A DNA stretch of 64,000 nucleotides, taken from the NCBI GenBank assembly GCA_002448305.1, contig DJWY01000035.1, forward strand, positions 2,982 through 66,981, given 5' to 3'. Below are positions 18,942 through 27,046 of this stretch, in pieces. The position numbers were made by a program, and so were the translations under genes. Below the pieces are notes generated by a model, which was given only the letters and a program-made list of their open reading frames with translations, had not been told where the DNA came from and ran no database searches. Positions within the stretch are counted from its first letter, which is position 1; every line of letters starts with the position of its first letter. The DNA comes from Selenomonadales bacterium UBA7018. Its GTDB lineage: Bacteria; Bacillota; Negativicutes; Selenomonadales; Selenomonadaceae.

Positions 18942-19967
18942 GTGAACATGGAAAAATTTTTAAGAGAAATAGCTCAACTCGTTGACGGTTCGCTCGCGGG
19001 CAAAGGAGAAACCAAAATCAGCGGGCTATCGAATATCCCAATGGCTCGCGAAGGCGATTTAACTTTTGCCGTGCCGCCACACCTTGACGAAGCTAAAATT
19101 TGCGCTGCGTCTGCAGTTTTAATTCCGCTTGACGAAGAAAATTTTCCAAAGCCCGCAATTAAAGTTGCTGACCCGCGCGCCGCCTTTGCTAAGTTGCTAG
19201 AAATGTTCACGCCTAAGCTAGAAATTCCAAAGGGGATAAGTCCAAAGGCGCATATCGGCACCGGCGTTAAAATTGCTGACGACGTAACGATTATGCCTTT
19301 TGCGGTCGTCGATAACGGCGCGGATATTCGGCGTGGCGCGATAATTTATCCGCATGTTTACATTGGACAACATGTCACGATTGGCGAAGATACCGTTATT
19401 TATTCAAGCGCGACTGTTCGCGAATTTTGCAAGGTCGGTTCCCGTTGCGTGATTCATAGTTCAGCGGTTATCGGCGCGGACGGTTTCGGCTTCACGACTA
19501 AAAATGGCGTGCATACTAAAATTCCGCAGGTCGGCAACGTGGTTATCGAAGATGATGTAGAAATTGGCGCGCACGTCGGCATTGACCGCGCTGCTATGGG
19601 TTCAACGATTATCGGGCACGGAACAAAAATTGATAATCTTGTTCACATTGCGCATAACTGCAAAATTGGCGCGAATTGCCTGATAGTTGCGCAGACAGGG
19701 ATTAGCGGTTCGACGACTGTTGGCGATAATGTTACTTTCGGCGGGCAAGTCGGTACGGTCGGACATATCACAATCGGCGGAAATTCGGTTTACGCGGCGC
19801 GGTCTGGTATTTCAAAAAATATGCCGGAAGGATTTTTCGGTTGTGGTTTCCCGATTCAATCTCACAGCGACTGGCTAAGGCATCAAGCGGCGTTGAGAAA
19901 AGTCCCAGACTTAATCGAAAAAATTCGCAAGCTCGAACAGGTGATTGACAAGCTCAATAATGCCTAA
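18942..19967 (+). CDS. lpxD: UDP-3-O-acylglucosamine N-acyltransferase LpxD
   Basis: N-terminal LpxD domain followed by long left-handed hexapeptide repeats (IGxxVxIG..) and a C-terminal helix. Skp-lpxD synteny. ATG 18948 is an alternative start. Confidence 0.9.
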   Translation: MNMEKFLREIAQLVDGSLAGKGETKISGLSNIPMAREGDLTFAVPPHLDEAKICAASAVLIPLDEENFPKPAIKVADPRAAFAKLLEMFTPKLEIPKGISPKAHIGTGVKIADDVTIMPFAVVDNGADIRRGAIIYPHVYIGQHVTIGEDTVIYSSATVREFCKVGSRCVIHSSAVIGADGFGFTTKNGVHTKIPQVGNVVIEDDVEIGAHVGIDRAAMGSTIIGHGTKIDNLVHIAHNCKIGANCLIVAQTGISGSTTVGDNVTFGGQVGTVGHITIGGNSVYAARSGISKNMPEGFFGCGFPIQSHSDWLRHQAALRKVPDLIEKIRKLEQVIDKLNNA

Positions 19968-19997
19968 TAAAATTTGGGCGAAGGGAGCGTGAACGTC

Positions 19998-20351
19998 ATG
20001 AGGAAATTTCTAATCGCCGCCGCAACGGGTCTCTTGATTTTTGGCGGACAAGTCGGAGTTGAAGCCGCGACTGCAGAAACTTTCGACGCGCAAGCCGAAA
20101 TGCAGGATATGAAAAGTCACGGCAAATGGGCGCACTTCAGGGATAAATATATTTTGGGGCGCGAAACCGAAAACGAATACCGCGATAGAAAAGAATGGGA
20201 ACGTCGGCACCGCGACGATTATCGCTATCGTCACCGCGAACGTCGTCGTTATCGTGACGATTATTATTATGACCCGCCACCGCATTATCGTTATGCGCCG
20301 CCCCCGCGTCATCGTCACGATTATCCGCCCCCGCCGCCACGCAGAAGATAA
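19998..20351 (+). CDS. Small secreted low-complexity R/D/Y/H/P-rich protein
   Basis: ATG 19998 follows AAGGGAG. Signal peptide MRKFLIAAATGLLIFGGQVGVEAATA. Tail reads RHRDDYRYRHRERRRYRDDYYYDPPPHYRYAPPPRHRHDYPPPPPRRR. A hairpin terminator follows. Confidence 0.55.
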   Translation: MRKFLIAAATGLLIFGGQVGVEAATAETFDAQAEMQDMKSHGKWAHFRDKYILGRETENEYRDRKEWERRHRDDYRYRHRERRRYRDDYYYDPPPHYRYAPPPRHRHDYPPPPPRRR

Positions 20352-20370
20352 TTTCCTATCGAATAAAAGA

Positions 20371-20402
20371 AAATCCCTTCGTCAGCGCGAGGGGATTTTT
20401 CT
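20371..20402 (+). terminator. Hairpin terminator after the R/D/Y-rich ORF
   Basis: AAATCCCTTC-gtcagcgc-GAGGGGATTTTT. Confidence 0.6.
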
Positions 20403-20441
20403 AAAACTCAAGGTCGGTGAAACGCAATCGAATACTATTTC

Positions 20442-21350
20442 TTGAAACTTCTAAGCAAAATAGTTTGTCTGTTACCGCTGAAATTTTGTCTGGCATTGGG
20501 GCGGGGATTAGCGGCGTTAATTTGGATTTTTCTGCCCGCTAAGCGCAAAAAAATCGCTACGGAAAATATCCGCCGCTGTCTGAACGTCCCGCCCGCCGAA
20601 TGCAATCGCATTGCCCGCGAAAGTACGATTCAATGGGGCTCGATTTTCGTTGAGGTTTTATCCTTCCCAAAGCTCAAGGACACTATGCAAAGTCACGTTA
20701 AAGTTATCGGGCTTGAGCATTTGACGCGCTATAAAAATTCTTCCGAGCGCGGCGCGGTTATTATGACTTGCCACAGCGATAATTGGGAGCTTATGGGAGG
20801 AGCTTTTGCGCAATATGGGATTCCGCTTGTCGGTGTCGCTAAAAAGCAAAAGTCTGCAGACGCGGATAAATTTATTAACGAGTTCCGGACGCTAATTGGC
20901 ATGCACATAACGTATCGTAGCGGCGTCCGCGAAATGTACAAAATGCTTGACGAAGGGCATTTTATCGGGTTGATTATGGACCAAGATGTTGGGCGTGATG
21001 ACGGCGTTGTTGTTAAGTTTTTCAATCAGGCGACTAACTTTGTGACAGGTGCGGCGTCAATGTCGCGGTTCAGAAAAATTCCGATTTTCCCGGCGTTCAT
21101 GCATAAGAATTCAGACGGGACGCACACGCTGGAAATTTTCCCGCCGCTACAGGTAGAAAAGACTTCAGATAAGCACGCCGATATAAAAGCTATGACGCAA
21201 CGGCTTGCGACGCTGATTGAAGAACACATTAAAAAATATCCCAACGAATGGTTTTGGCTTCATGACCGTTGGAAGTCAATGCGTCTTGAATTCGAGCCGG
21301 AGGAGGTTAGGAAATTCAATTTGGAGTTAGGAATTAGGAATGAGGAATGA
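20442..21350 (+). CDS. Lipid A biosynthesis (Kdo)2-lipid IVA acyltransferase, LpxL/HtrB family
   Basis: N-terminal TM segment and CHSDNWEL (HX4E acyltransferase motif). Size and neighbourhood fit. TTG start. The last 9 codons lie in a heptamer repeat array. Confidence 0.8.
   Translation: MKLLSKIVCLLPLKFCLALGRGLAALIWIFLPAKRKKIATENIRRCLNVPPAECNRIARESTIQWGSIFVEVLSFPKLKDTMQSHVKVIGLEHLTRYKNSSERGAVIMTCHSDNWELMGGAFAQYGIPLVGVAKKQKSADADKFINEFRTLIGMHITYRSGVREMYKMLDEGHFIGLIMDQDVGRDDGVVVKFFNQATNFVTGAASMSRFRKIPIFPAFMHKNSDGTHTLEIFPPLQVEKTSDKHADIKAMTQRLATLIEEHIKKYPNEWFWLHDRWKSMRLEFEPEEVRKFNLELGIRNEE
21323..21350. repeat. Tandem heptanucleotide array, 4 units (GGAGTTA GGAATTA GGAATGA GGAATGA)
   Basis: Read directly from the sequence. 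It encodes the last residues (LELGIRNEE) and the TGA stop of the LpxL-family ORF and ends 3 nt before the M23 peptidase TTG start. Confidence 0.9.
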
Positions 21351-21353
21351 AAT

Positions 21354-21818
21354 TTGAGACGACGTTATAATTACGCATTACGCATTGCGCTTTTCGCATT
21401 GCTTTTTCTAATTTTGCCCGCGAACGTACAAGCGATTGATTTTCCGGTTACTTCGCCTTTTGGCTGGAGAATTCATCCTATTTCGGGTGAGTGGAAATTT
21501 CATGCGGGCGTTGATTTAGGTTACGCTTACGGCGAATATATCGGTTCGCTTTTCGACGGGCAAGTTGTTATCGCCGCAAATCTCGGCGACGGCTACGGCA
21601 ACCAAGTGCTGATTTATCACCCCGCGATTGATTCTTATACGCGCTACGGTCATTGCAGTCAGTTGCACGTTGTCGCGGGGCAAATGGTCAGCGCAGGACA
21701 AATTATCGCGCAAGTCGGGAGCACTGGCTATTCAACTGGACCACATTTGCACCTAGAATATATTGTTAATGTCAACGGCGTTTATCAGTACGCCGACCCG
21801 CTAAGTTTGTGGCAGTAG
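21354..21818 (+). CDS. M23-family metallopeptidase, secreted
   Basis: Contains HAGVDLG and GSTGYSTGPHLHLE. Has a signal peptide. TTG start 3 nt after the lpxL-family stop. Confidence 0.8.
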   Translation: MRRRYNYALRIALFALLFLILPANVQAIDFPVTSPFGWRIHPISGEWKFHAGVDLGYAYGEYIGSLFDGQVVIAANLGDGYGNQVLIYHPAIDSYTRYGHCSQLHVVAGQMVSAGQIIAQVGSTGYSTGPHLHLEYIVNVNGVYQYADPLSLWQ

Positions 21819-21857
21819 AAAAAAGGAGACGCCGCGCAGGTATCTCCTATTTTTTTA
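21819..21857. terminator. Bidirectional terminator between convergent M23 peptidase and rodZ genes
   Basis: The stem AGGAGA (21824-21829) / TCTCCT (21843-21848) is flanked by AAAAA on the 5' side and TTTTTTT on the 3' side. Confidence 0.65.
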
Positions 21858-22658
21858 GTTACGAGTAAAAGTTTTGTCGACGACATCGCCGACGCCGCCA
21901 AGAACGCCTAAACTTTTGCCACCCTGAAAGAATTCAACTGCGCCTGCGTTGCCGAGACGGAAATTAATATTATCTTTGCCTTCCCAAGTAAGAGTTTGCC
22001 CGCCTTCTACGACGCCTTCTTGAACAACTGCGCCGTCAACCGTCACAAGCAACCAGCAACGGTCATTGAAACGCGCTTGAATCTGAACGTTTTCTGGTGG
22101 AACGGGATTAGCCTTTGCGACGGGTTCGGCGGGTTGCTCTTCGACCGGCGCGGGTTGAGTTTGTTGGACTGGCGGCGGCGTTTCAACTTTGGCAACTTCG
22201 CCGTCCGAACTCGAAAGCCAAGACCATGCGCCGCCCGCTAACGCCGCGATTAAAATTACCGCCGCGATTATCAGTACGCCTGACGAACGGCTACTTTTTT
22301 CCTTTTCAATCGAATAGCCGAACGTTTTTTTCTCCGGCTTGACGGGCTTAGGCGTGACAGGAGTTTTAGGAGTTTGCGGAGTTTGTTCTTCTTCGGCGGG
22401 CGTCGCAGGAGTTCCGGAAAGTTCCGCCAAATCGTTAGCAAATTCCTTTGTCATGGCATCGGCATCGAGTCCGAGAAAATTTGCGTAGTTCTTGATAAAA
22501 CCTTTTGTGTAAACTGTGCCTGGCAATTTATCGTACTCGCCGTTTTCGATTGCCTCTATGTAAAGAGCTCGGATACTTGTGCCCTGTTCAATGTCTTCTA
22601 TGGATAAATTTTGTCGCTCGCGTTCTTGGCGTAGCGTATAACCTACCATTTGAAACAT
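21855..22658 (-). CDS. rodZ: RodZ-like cytoskeleton protein (HTH + TM + DUF4115-like C-terminus)
   Basis: N-terminal HTH (LRQERERQNLSIEDIEQGTSIRALYIEAIENGEYDKLPG..YTKGFIKNYANFLGLD), P/T-rich linker, TM helix and a C-terminal beta domain. Confidence 0.8.
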   Translation of the reverse strand: MFQMVGYTLRQERERQNLSIEDIEQGTSIRALYIEAIENGEYDKLPGTVYTKGFIKNYANFLGLDADAMTKEFANDLAELSGTPATPAEEEQTPQTPKTPVTPKPVKPEKKTFGYSIEKEKSSRSSGVLIIAAVILIAALAGGAWSWLSSSDGEVAKVETPPPVQQTQPAPVEEQPAEPVAKANPVPPENVQIQARFNDRCWLLVTVDGAVVQEGVVEGGQTLTWEGKDNINFRLGNAGAVEFFQGGKSLGVLGGVGDVVDKTFTRN

Positions 22659-22751
22659 CCCCTTTCGGGCGCATTATAAACGACTGATTTTAAAAATACA
22701 AGTAGGGTTTTTTTCTATAGTTTTCTTCGACGACTTTGCAATAGTTTTTGA

Positions 22752-22780
22752 TTGACACCTTGACGCTTGAATTATAAAAT
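22752..22780 (+). promoter_or_regulatory. Sigma-70-type promoter for the activase-like gene
   Basis: TTGACA (22752-22757), 17-nt spacer, TAAAAT (22775-22780). Confidence 0.5.
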
Positions 22781-22804
22781 TGCAGGCGGCGAGGTGATTT
22801 TTTT

Positions 22805-25800
22805 ATGAAAGTCGGAATTGACATCGGCTCCACGACGATTAAGCTTGTAGTCATGGACGAGGAACGGCTTGTATTTAAAAATTATGCGCGGCATTTTTCG
22901 GAGATTGGTTCTGCGCTTACGAATTCTCTAACGTCGCTGAAAAATATAATCGGCGAGAAAACTTTTAAAATCGCGGTTGCAGGCTCAGCGGGTATGGGCA
23001 TTGCTAAAAAAGTTTCGTTGCCCTTTGTGCAAGAGGTTATTGCTTGTCAGACTGCGGTTGAAAAATTTATTCCGCAAACTGATACAGTCGTTGAACTCGG
23101 CGGCGAGGACGCGAAAATTATTTATCTGGGCAATGCGCCTGAAGTCCGTATGAATGGCGTCTGCGCGGGCGGTACGGGTTCATTTATTGACCATATGGCA
23201 AGCTTACTATCAACCGACGCGCTCGGCTTGAATGCTTTAGCGGAAAAGGGCAAGCAAATTTATACTATTGCTTCACGTTGCGGCGTGTTCGCTAAGACTG
23301 ATATTCAAGCCCTTATGAACGACGGCGCGAAAAAGGCGGATATTGCCTTATCGATTTTTCAAGCGGTCGTCAATCAGACGATAGGAAATTTGGCGCAAGG
23401 GCGTCCGATTGCCGGCAACGTCGCATTTTTGGGCGGACCTTTGCACTTCTTGCCCGAACTTAAAAAACGTTTCGTCGAGACACTCGGACTTTCTCAAAAC
23501 GAAGTGGTCGAAACTCCCGACGCTAATTTTTTTGTCGCAACGGGCGCGGCTCTCAGCGACGAGGCTAAAGAAATTTCTGTAGCGACGCTTGAAGATTCTA
23601 TCAAAAAATCCGAAGAAGCCGCCCGCGCTGAAACGCGCAAGGCTGATTTTATTTTATTCAAGGACGCGGCGGACTATGACGCCTTTAAAACTCGTCACGA
23701 TAAAGCCAAAGTTAAACGCGGCGATTTAAGCACTTATAACGGAAAAATTTATATCGGAATTGATGCTGGCTCCACGACTACGAAAATTTGCGCTATCGGC
23801 ACTGATAAACAAATTCTTTATACAAATTACGGCTCAAACGAAGGCGCGCCGCTAAAAATCGTCGTCAATCAGATTCGCGACCTTTACAAAAAAATTCCGT
23901 CGACCGCGCAAATTGGCGGCGTATTCACGACTGGCTATGGCGAAGCGATTGTTAAAGCGGCTCTTCACGCTGACGGCTCCGAAGTCGAAACTTTTGCCCA
24001 TTTAACCGCCGCGCAGGAATTTTGCCCGAACGTTTCATTTGTCCTGGACATTGGCGGGCAGGATATGAAATGCTTTTTCGTCAAGGACGGCACGATTGGC
24101 AATATCACGCTCAACGAAGCTTGTAGCGCGGGTTGCGGTTCGTTTATCCAGAACTTTGCGCATGGTTTAAATATGACAGTTGGCGACTTTGCGAAAAAAG
24201 CTTTGACTTCCGCCGCTCCGGTTGATTTGGGCACGCGCTGTACGGTTTTCATGAATTCAAAAGTTAAGCAGGCGCAAAAGGAAGGCGCGACCGTCAATGA
24301 CATTTCGGCGGGCATTGCGCTTAGCGTCATTAAGAACGCGCTGTTTAAAGTCATGCAACTCAAGAACGTTGAGGACTTGGGGGAAAATATTGTTGTACAG
24401 GGCGGCACTTTTTATAACAATGCTGTCTTGCGTTCGATTGAAGAAATTTTGCATAAAAATGTTATTCGCCCCGACATTGCCGGACTTATGGGCGCGTACG
24501 GCGCGGCGATATTGGCAATTAGGAATTCGGAATTAGGAATTAGGAATGAAAGTTCGTTGCTGACACCTGAACAGTTGGAAAATTTTAACGTCGTGACGAA
24601 AAGTTATCGTTGCGGGCGTTGCGGCAATAACTGCTTGATAACTATGCAAAAATTCCCTGACGGCGGCAAATATTTCACGGGCAATCGTTGTGAACGCGGC
24701 GTTGGAGGGAAACCGAAAACTAATTCCGAAGTTCCGAACGCTTATGCTTATAAATACAAAAGGCTTTTCGATTATGCGCCGCTAGAAAATCCTAAACGCG
24801 GTTCAATCGGCATTCCGAGAGTGCTGAATATCTACGAAGATTATCCTTTCTGGCACACGCTCTTGACGGAACTTGGTTATCGCGTCGAAATTTCTTCTAA
24901 GTCTTCCGCGCAGATTTTCTACAAGGGAATTTCGACAATCCCTAGCGATTCGCTTTGCTATCCCGCGAAACTTGCGCACGGGCACGTTATGGATTTAGTT
25001 GAACGCGGCTTGACGAAAATTTTCTATCCTTGCGAGCCGTATAACTTCGACACGCGCCCCGACAATTTTTATAACTGTCCTATCGTCGCCAGCTATCCCG
25101 AAAACATTCGCAACAATATGGACATTCTCAAGGAGCGCGGCATTAAATTTATTCAGCCGTTCCTGCCCGTTCACGACCTTAAAAAGCTAAAGAAACGCCT
25201 TGTCGAAGAGTTTAAATCCGAAGGCGTGACGGCTAATGAAATTTCGCTTGCCGTCGATAAGGCCGCCGCCGAAATGGAAAATTATCGCCACGACATTAAA
25301 ACTTTTGGCGAAAATCTTTTGAAACGCATTGAGCAAACTGGAGAACAAGCAATTTTGCTCGTCGGTCGTCCCTATCATATCGACCCGGAAATTAATCACG
25401 GTATCGACACAATGATTCAATCTTACGGCTTGCCGATTCTCTCCGAAGACAGCGTTTATCATACCGAAATTGATGCGCCGAAAATTTCCGTTGTCAATCA
25501 ATGGAGCTATCATGCCAGACTTTATTACGCCGCGCAGTTCGTCGCGCAAAATCCCAACGTCACGCTGATTCAGCTAAGTTCGTTCGGTTGCGGGCTTGAC
25601 GCGCTGACTATTGAACAAGTCAAGGAAATTTTAGAAGCGCACGGGAAAATTTACACCATGATTAAGCTTGACGAAGTTTCAAATTTGGGCGCGGCTCGAA
25701 TTAGATTGCGTTCATTGCTCGCCGCGTTGAAAAGAAAAACGCCTGTTGCTTATTCGCCTAAAAAATTTCCCGACCGTCCGCACTTTACGCCCGATTGTAA

Positions 25801-27019
25801 AGCTAAGCATACAATCCTTGCGCCGCAGATGGCACCGATTCATTTTGAATTGATTCAAGCAGTTTTAAACAAATACGGCTACAAAATTTTGATTCCCGCG
25901 CTCCCCGACAAGGCGGCGATTGATTTGGGTCTGCGCTACGTAAATAACGAAATGTGCTATCCGGCAATTTTAGTTGCGGGGCAAATGATTGCGGCTCTAA
26001 AGTCGGGCGAATGCGACCCTGATAACACGTCGATAATTTTATTCCAAACTTGCGGCGGTTGTCGCGCCACGAATTATATTAGCGTTATGCGCCGTGCTTT
26101 GAAATTCGCGGGCTTTGGACAAGTTCCGGTTTTCGCCTGCTACGGACTGCCGGAAGAAACTGACGCCTTTGAACTTAGCCGCGATTGCCTTATGGACGCG
26201 ATTAAAGCTGCGGTTTACGGCGATTTACTTCAGAACGTTACCAATAGAATTCGCCCTTATGAATTGCGACGTGGCGAAACCGATAAACTTTTTGCGCAGT
26301 GGATGACGATTGCTAAAGCCGACCTTGTCAACGGAAATTATTTGACTTATCGGCGCAACGTCAAAGAAATTGTTCGCCAATTTGACGCTATATCTATTGA
26401 TGAAAATCTTATCAAGCCGCGCGTTGGCATTGTTGGAGAAATTTTAGTTAAATATCACCCCGTCGCAAATAATCACTTGGAACGCGTACTTGCCGATGAA
26501 GGCGCGGAAGTAATTCTCCCAGACTTAGTTGATTTTTTCCTTTACTGCGCTTATGACGCGATTGCTAAGCATGAACTTTTAGGCGGCACGCGCAAGGATA
26601 AAATCTTCGCCGAAATTTTTATTCAATTCGTCGAGTTTTTCCGCCGTCCAATGAAAAATGCGCTTAAAGATTCAAAACATTTCCGCGCACCGCATAATAT
26701 CAAGGAAACTGCGCGGCTTGCTAGCAAGTTTTTAAGCAACGGAAATTTAAACGGCGAAGGCTGGCTACTGACTGGCGAAATGGTTTCGCTTATCGAAAAC
26801 GACGTTAGAAATATTGTTGGGTTAAGCCCGTTCGCATGTCTCCCAAATCATATAATTTTGAAGGGCGTTCTTCATAATTTGCGCGAGAGCTACGAAAATG
26901 TTAATGTCGTTGCGATAGATTGTGACGCTGGCTCAAGTGAAGCTAACCAACTAAACAGAATCAAGCTCATGCTAAGTGTCGCGAAGAAAATTTTAGCCGC
27001 AAAGAAAAATTTTAGGTGA
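22805..27019 (+). CDS. Fused double BcrAD/BadFG/HgdC-type ATPase (acyl-CoA dehydratase activase-like) plus large C-terminal DUF2229-like region
   Basis: Two actin-fold ATPase modules: VGIDIGSTTIKLVV..CAGGTGSF and IGIDAGSTTTKICA..ACSAGCGSF. The C-terminal half has CGRCGNNC and repeated halves. The 1404 aa architecture is known from the Firmicute 'CoA-substrate-specific enzyme activase' family. Confidence 0.8.
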   Translation: MKVGIDIGSTTIKLVVMDEERLVFKNYARHFSEIGSALTNSLTSLKNIIGEKTFKIAVAGSAGMGIAKKVSLPFVQEVIACQTAVEKFIPQTDTVVELGGEDAKIIYLGNAPEVRMNGVCAGGTGSFIDHMASLLSTDALGLNALAEKGKQIYTIASRCGVFAKTDIQALMNDGAKKADIALSIFQAVVNQTIGNLAQGRPIAGNVAFLGGPLHFLPELKKRFVETLGLSQNEVVETPDANFFVATGAALSDEAKEISVATLEDSIKKSEEAARAETRKADFILFKDAADYDAFKTRHDKAKVKRGDLSTYNGKIYIGIDAGSTTTKICAIGTDKQILYTNYGSNEGAPLKIVVNQIRDLYKKIPSTAQIGGVFTTGYGEAIVKAALHADGSEVETFAHLTAAQEFCPNVSFVLDIGGQDMKCFFVKDGTIGNITLNEACSAGCGSFIQNFAHGLNMTVGDFAKKALTSAAPVDLGTRCTVFMNSKVKQAQKEGATVNDISAGIALSVIKNALFKVMQLKNVEDLGENIVVQGGTFYNNAVLRSIEEILHKNVIRPDIAGLMGAYGAAILAIRNSELGIRNESSLLTPEQLENFNVVTKSYRCGRCGNNCLITMQKFPDGGKYFTGNRCERGVGGKPKTNSEVPNAYAYKYKRLFDYAPLENPKRGSIGIPRVLNIYEDYPFWHTLLTELGYRVEISSKSSAQIFYKGISTIPSDSLCYPAKLAHGHVMDLVERGLTKIFYPCEPYNFDTRPDNFYNCPIVASYPENIRNNMDILKERGIKFIQPFLPVHDLKKLKKRLVEEFKSEGVTANEISLAVDKAAAEMENYRHDIKTFGENLLKRIEQTGEQAILLVGRPYHIDPEINHGIDTMIQSYGLPILSEDSVYHTEIDAPKISVVNQWSYHARLYYAAQFVAQNPNVTLIQLSSFGCGLDALTIEQVKEILEAHGKIYTMIKLDEVSNLGAARIRLRSLLAALKRKTPVAYSPKKFPDRPHFTPDCKAKHTILAPQMAPIHFELIQAVLNKYGYKILIPALPDKAAIDLGLRYVNNEMCYPAILVAGQMIAALKSGECDPDNTSIILFQTCGGCRATNYISVMRRALKFAGFGQVPVFACYGLPEETDAFELSRDCLMDAIKAAVYGDLLQNVTNRIRPYELRRGETDKLFAQWMTIAKADLVNGNYLTYRRNVKEIVRQFDAISIDENLIKPRVGIVGEILVKYHPVANNHLERVLADEGAEVILPDLVDFFLYCAYDAIAKHELLGGTRKDKIFAEIFIQFVEFFRRPMKNALKDSKHFRAPHNIKETARLASKFLSNGNLNGEGWLLTGEMVSLIENDVRNIVGLSPFACLPNHIILKGVLHNLRESYENVNVVAIDCDAGSSEANQLNRIKLMLSVAKKILAAKKNFR
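24514..24548. repeat. Tandem heptanucleotide array, 5 units (GGCAATT AGGAATT CGGAATT AGGAATT AGGAATG)
   Basis: Read directly from the sequence. It lies in frame inside the 1404-aa activase-like ORF and encodes ..AIRNSELGIRNES.. between the second ATPase module and the C-terminal region. Confidence 0.9.
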
Positions 27020-27046
27020 CATCTAAAAACGGAAGGACGTGATATT

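Noticed and set aside
20010-20445. Alternative-frame ORFs in the R/D/Y-rich region (20010-20318 minus, 20137-20340 minus, 20254-20445 plus).
   Set aside because: They are low-complexity echoes. Only the frame starting at 19998 has an RBS, a signal peptide and a terminator.
23965-24408. 147-aa minus-strand ORF, plus other short ORFs inside the 1404-aa gene.
   Set aside because: They are embedded antisense in a continuous 4.2-kb ORF with clear ATPase motifs.
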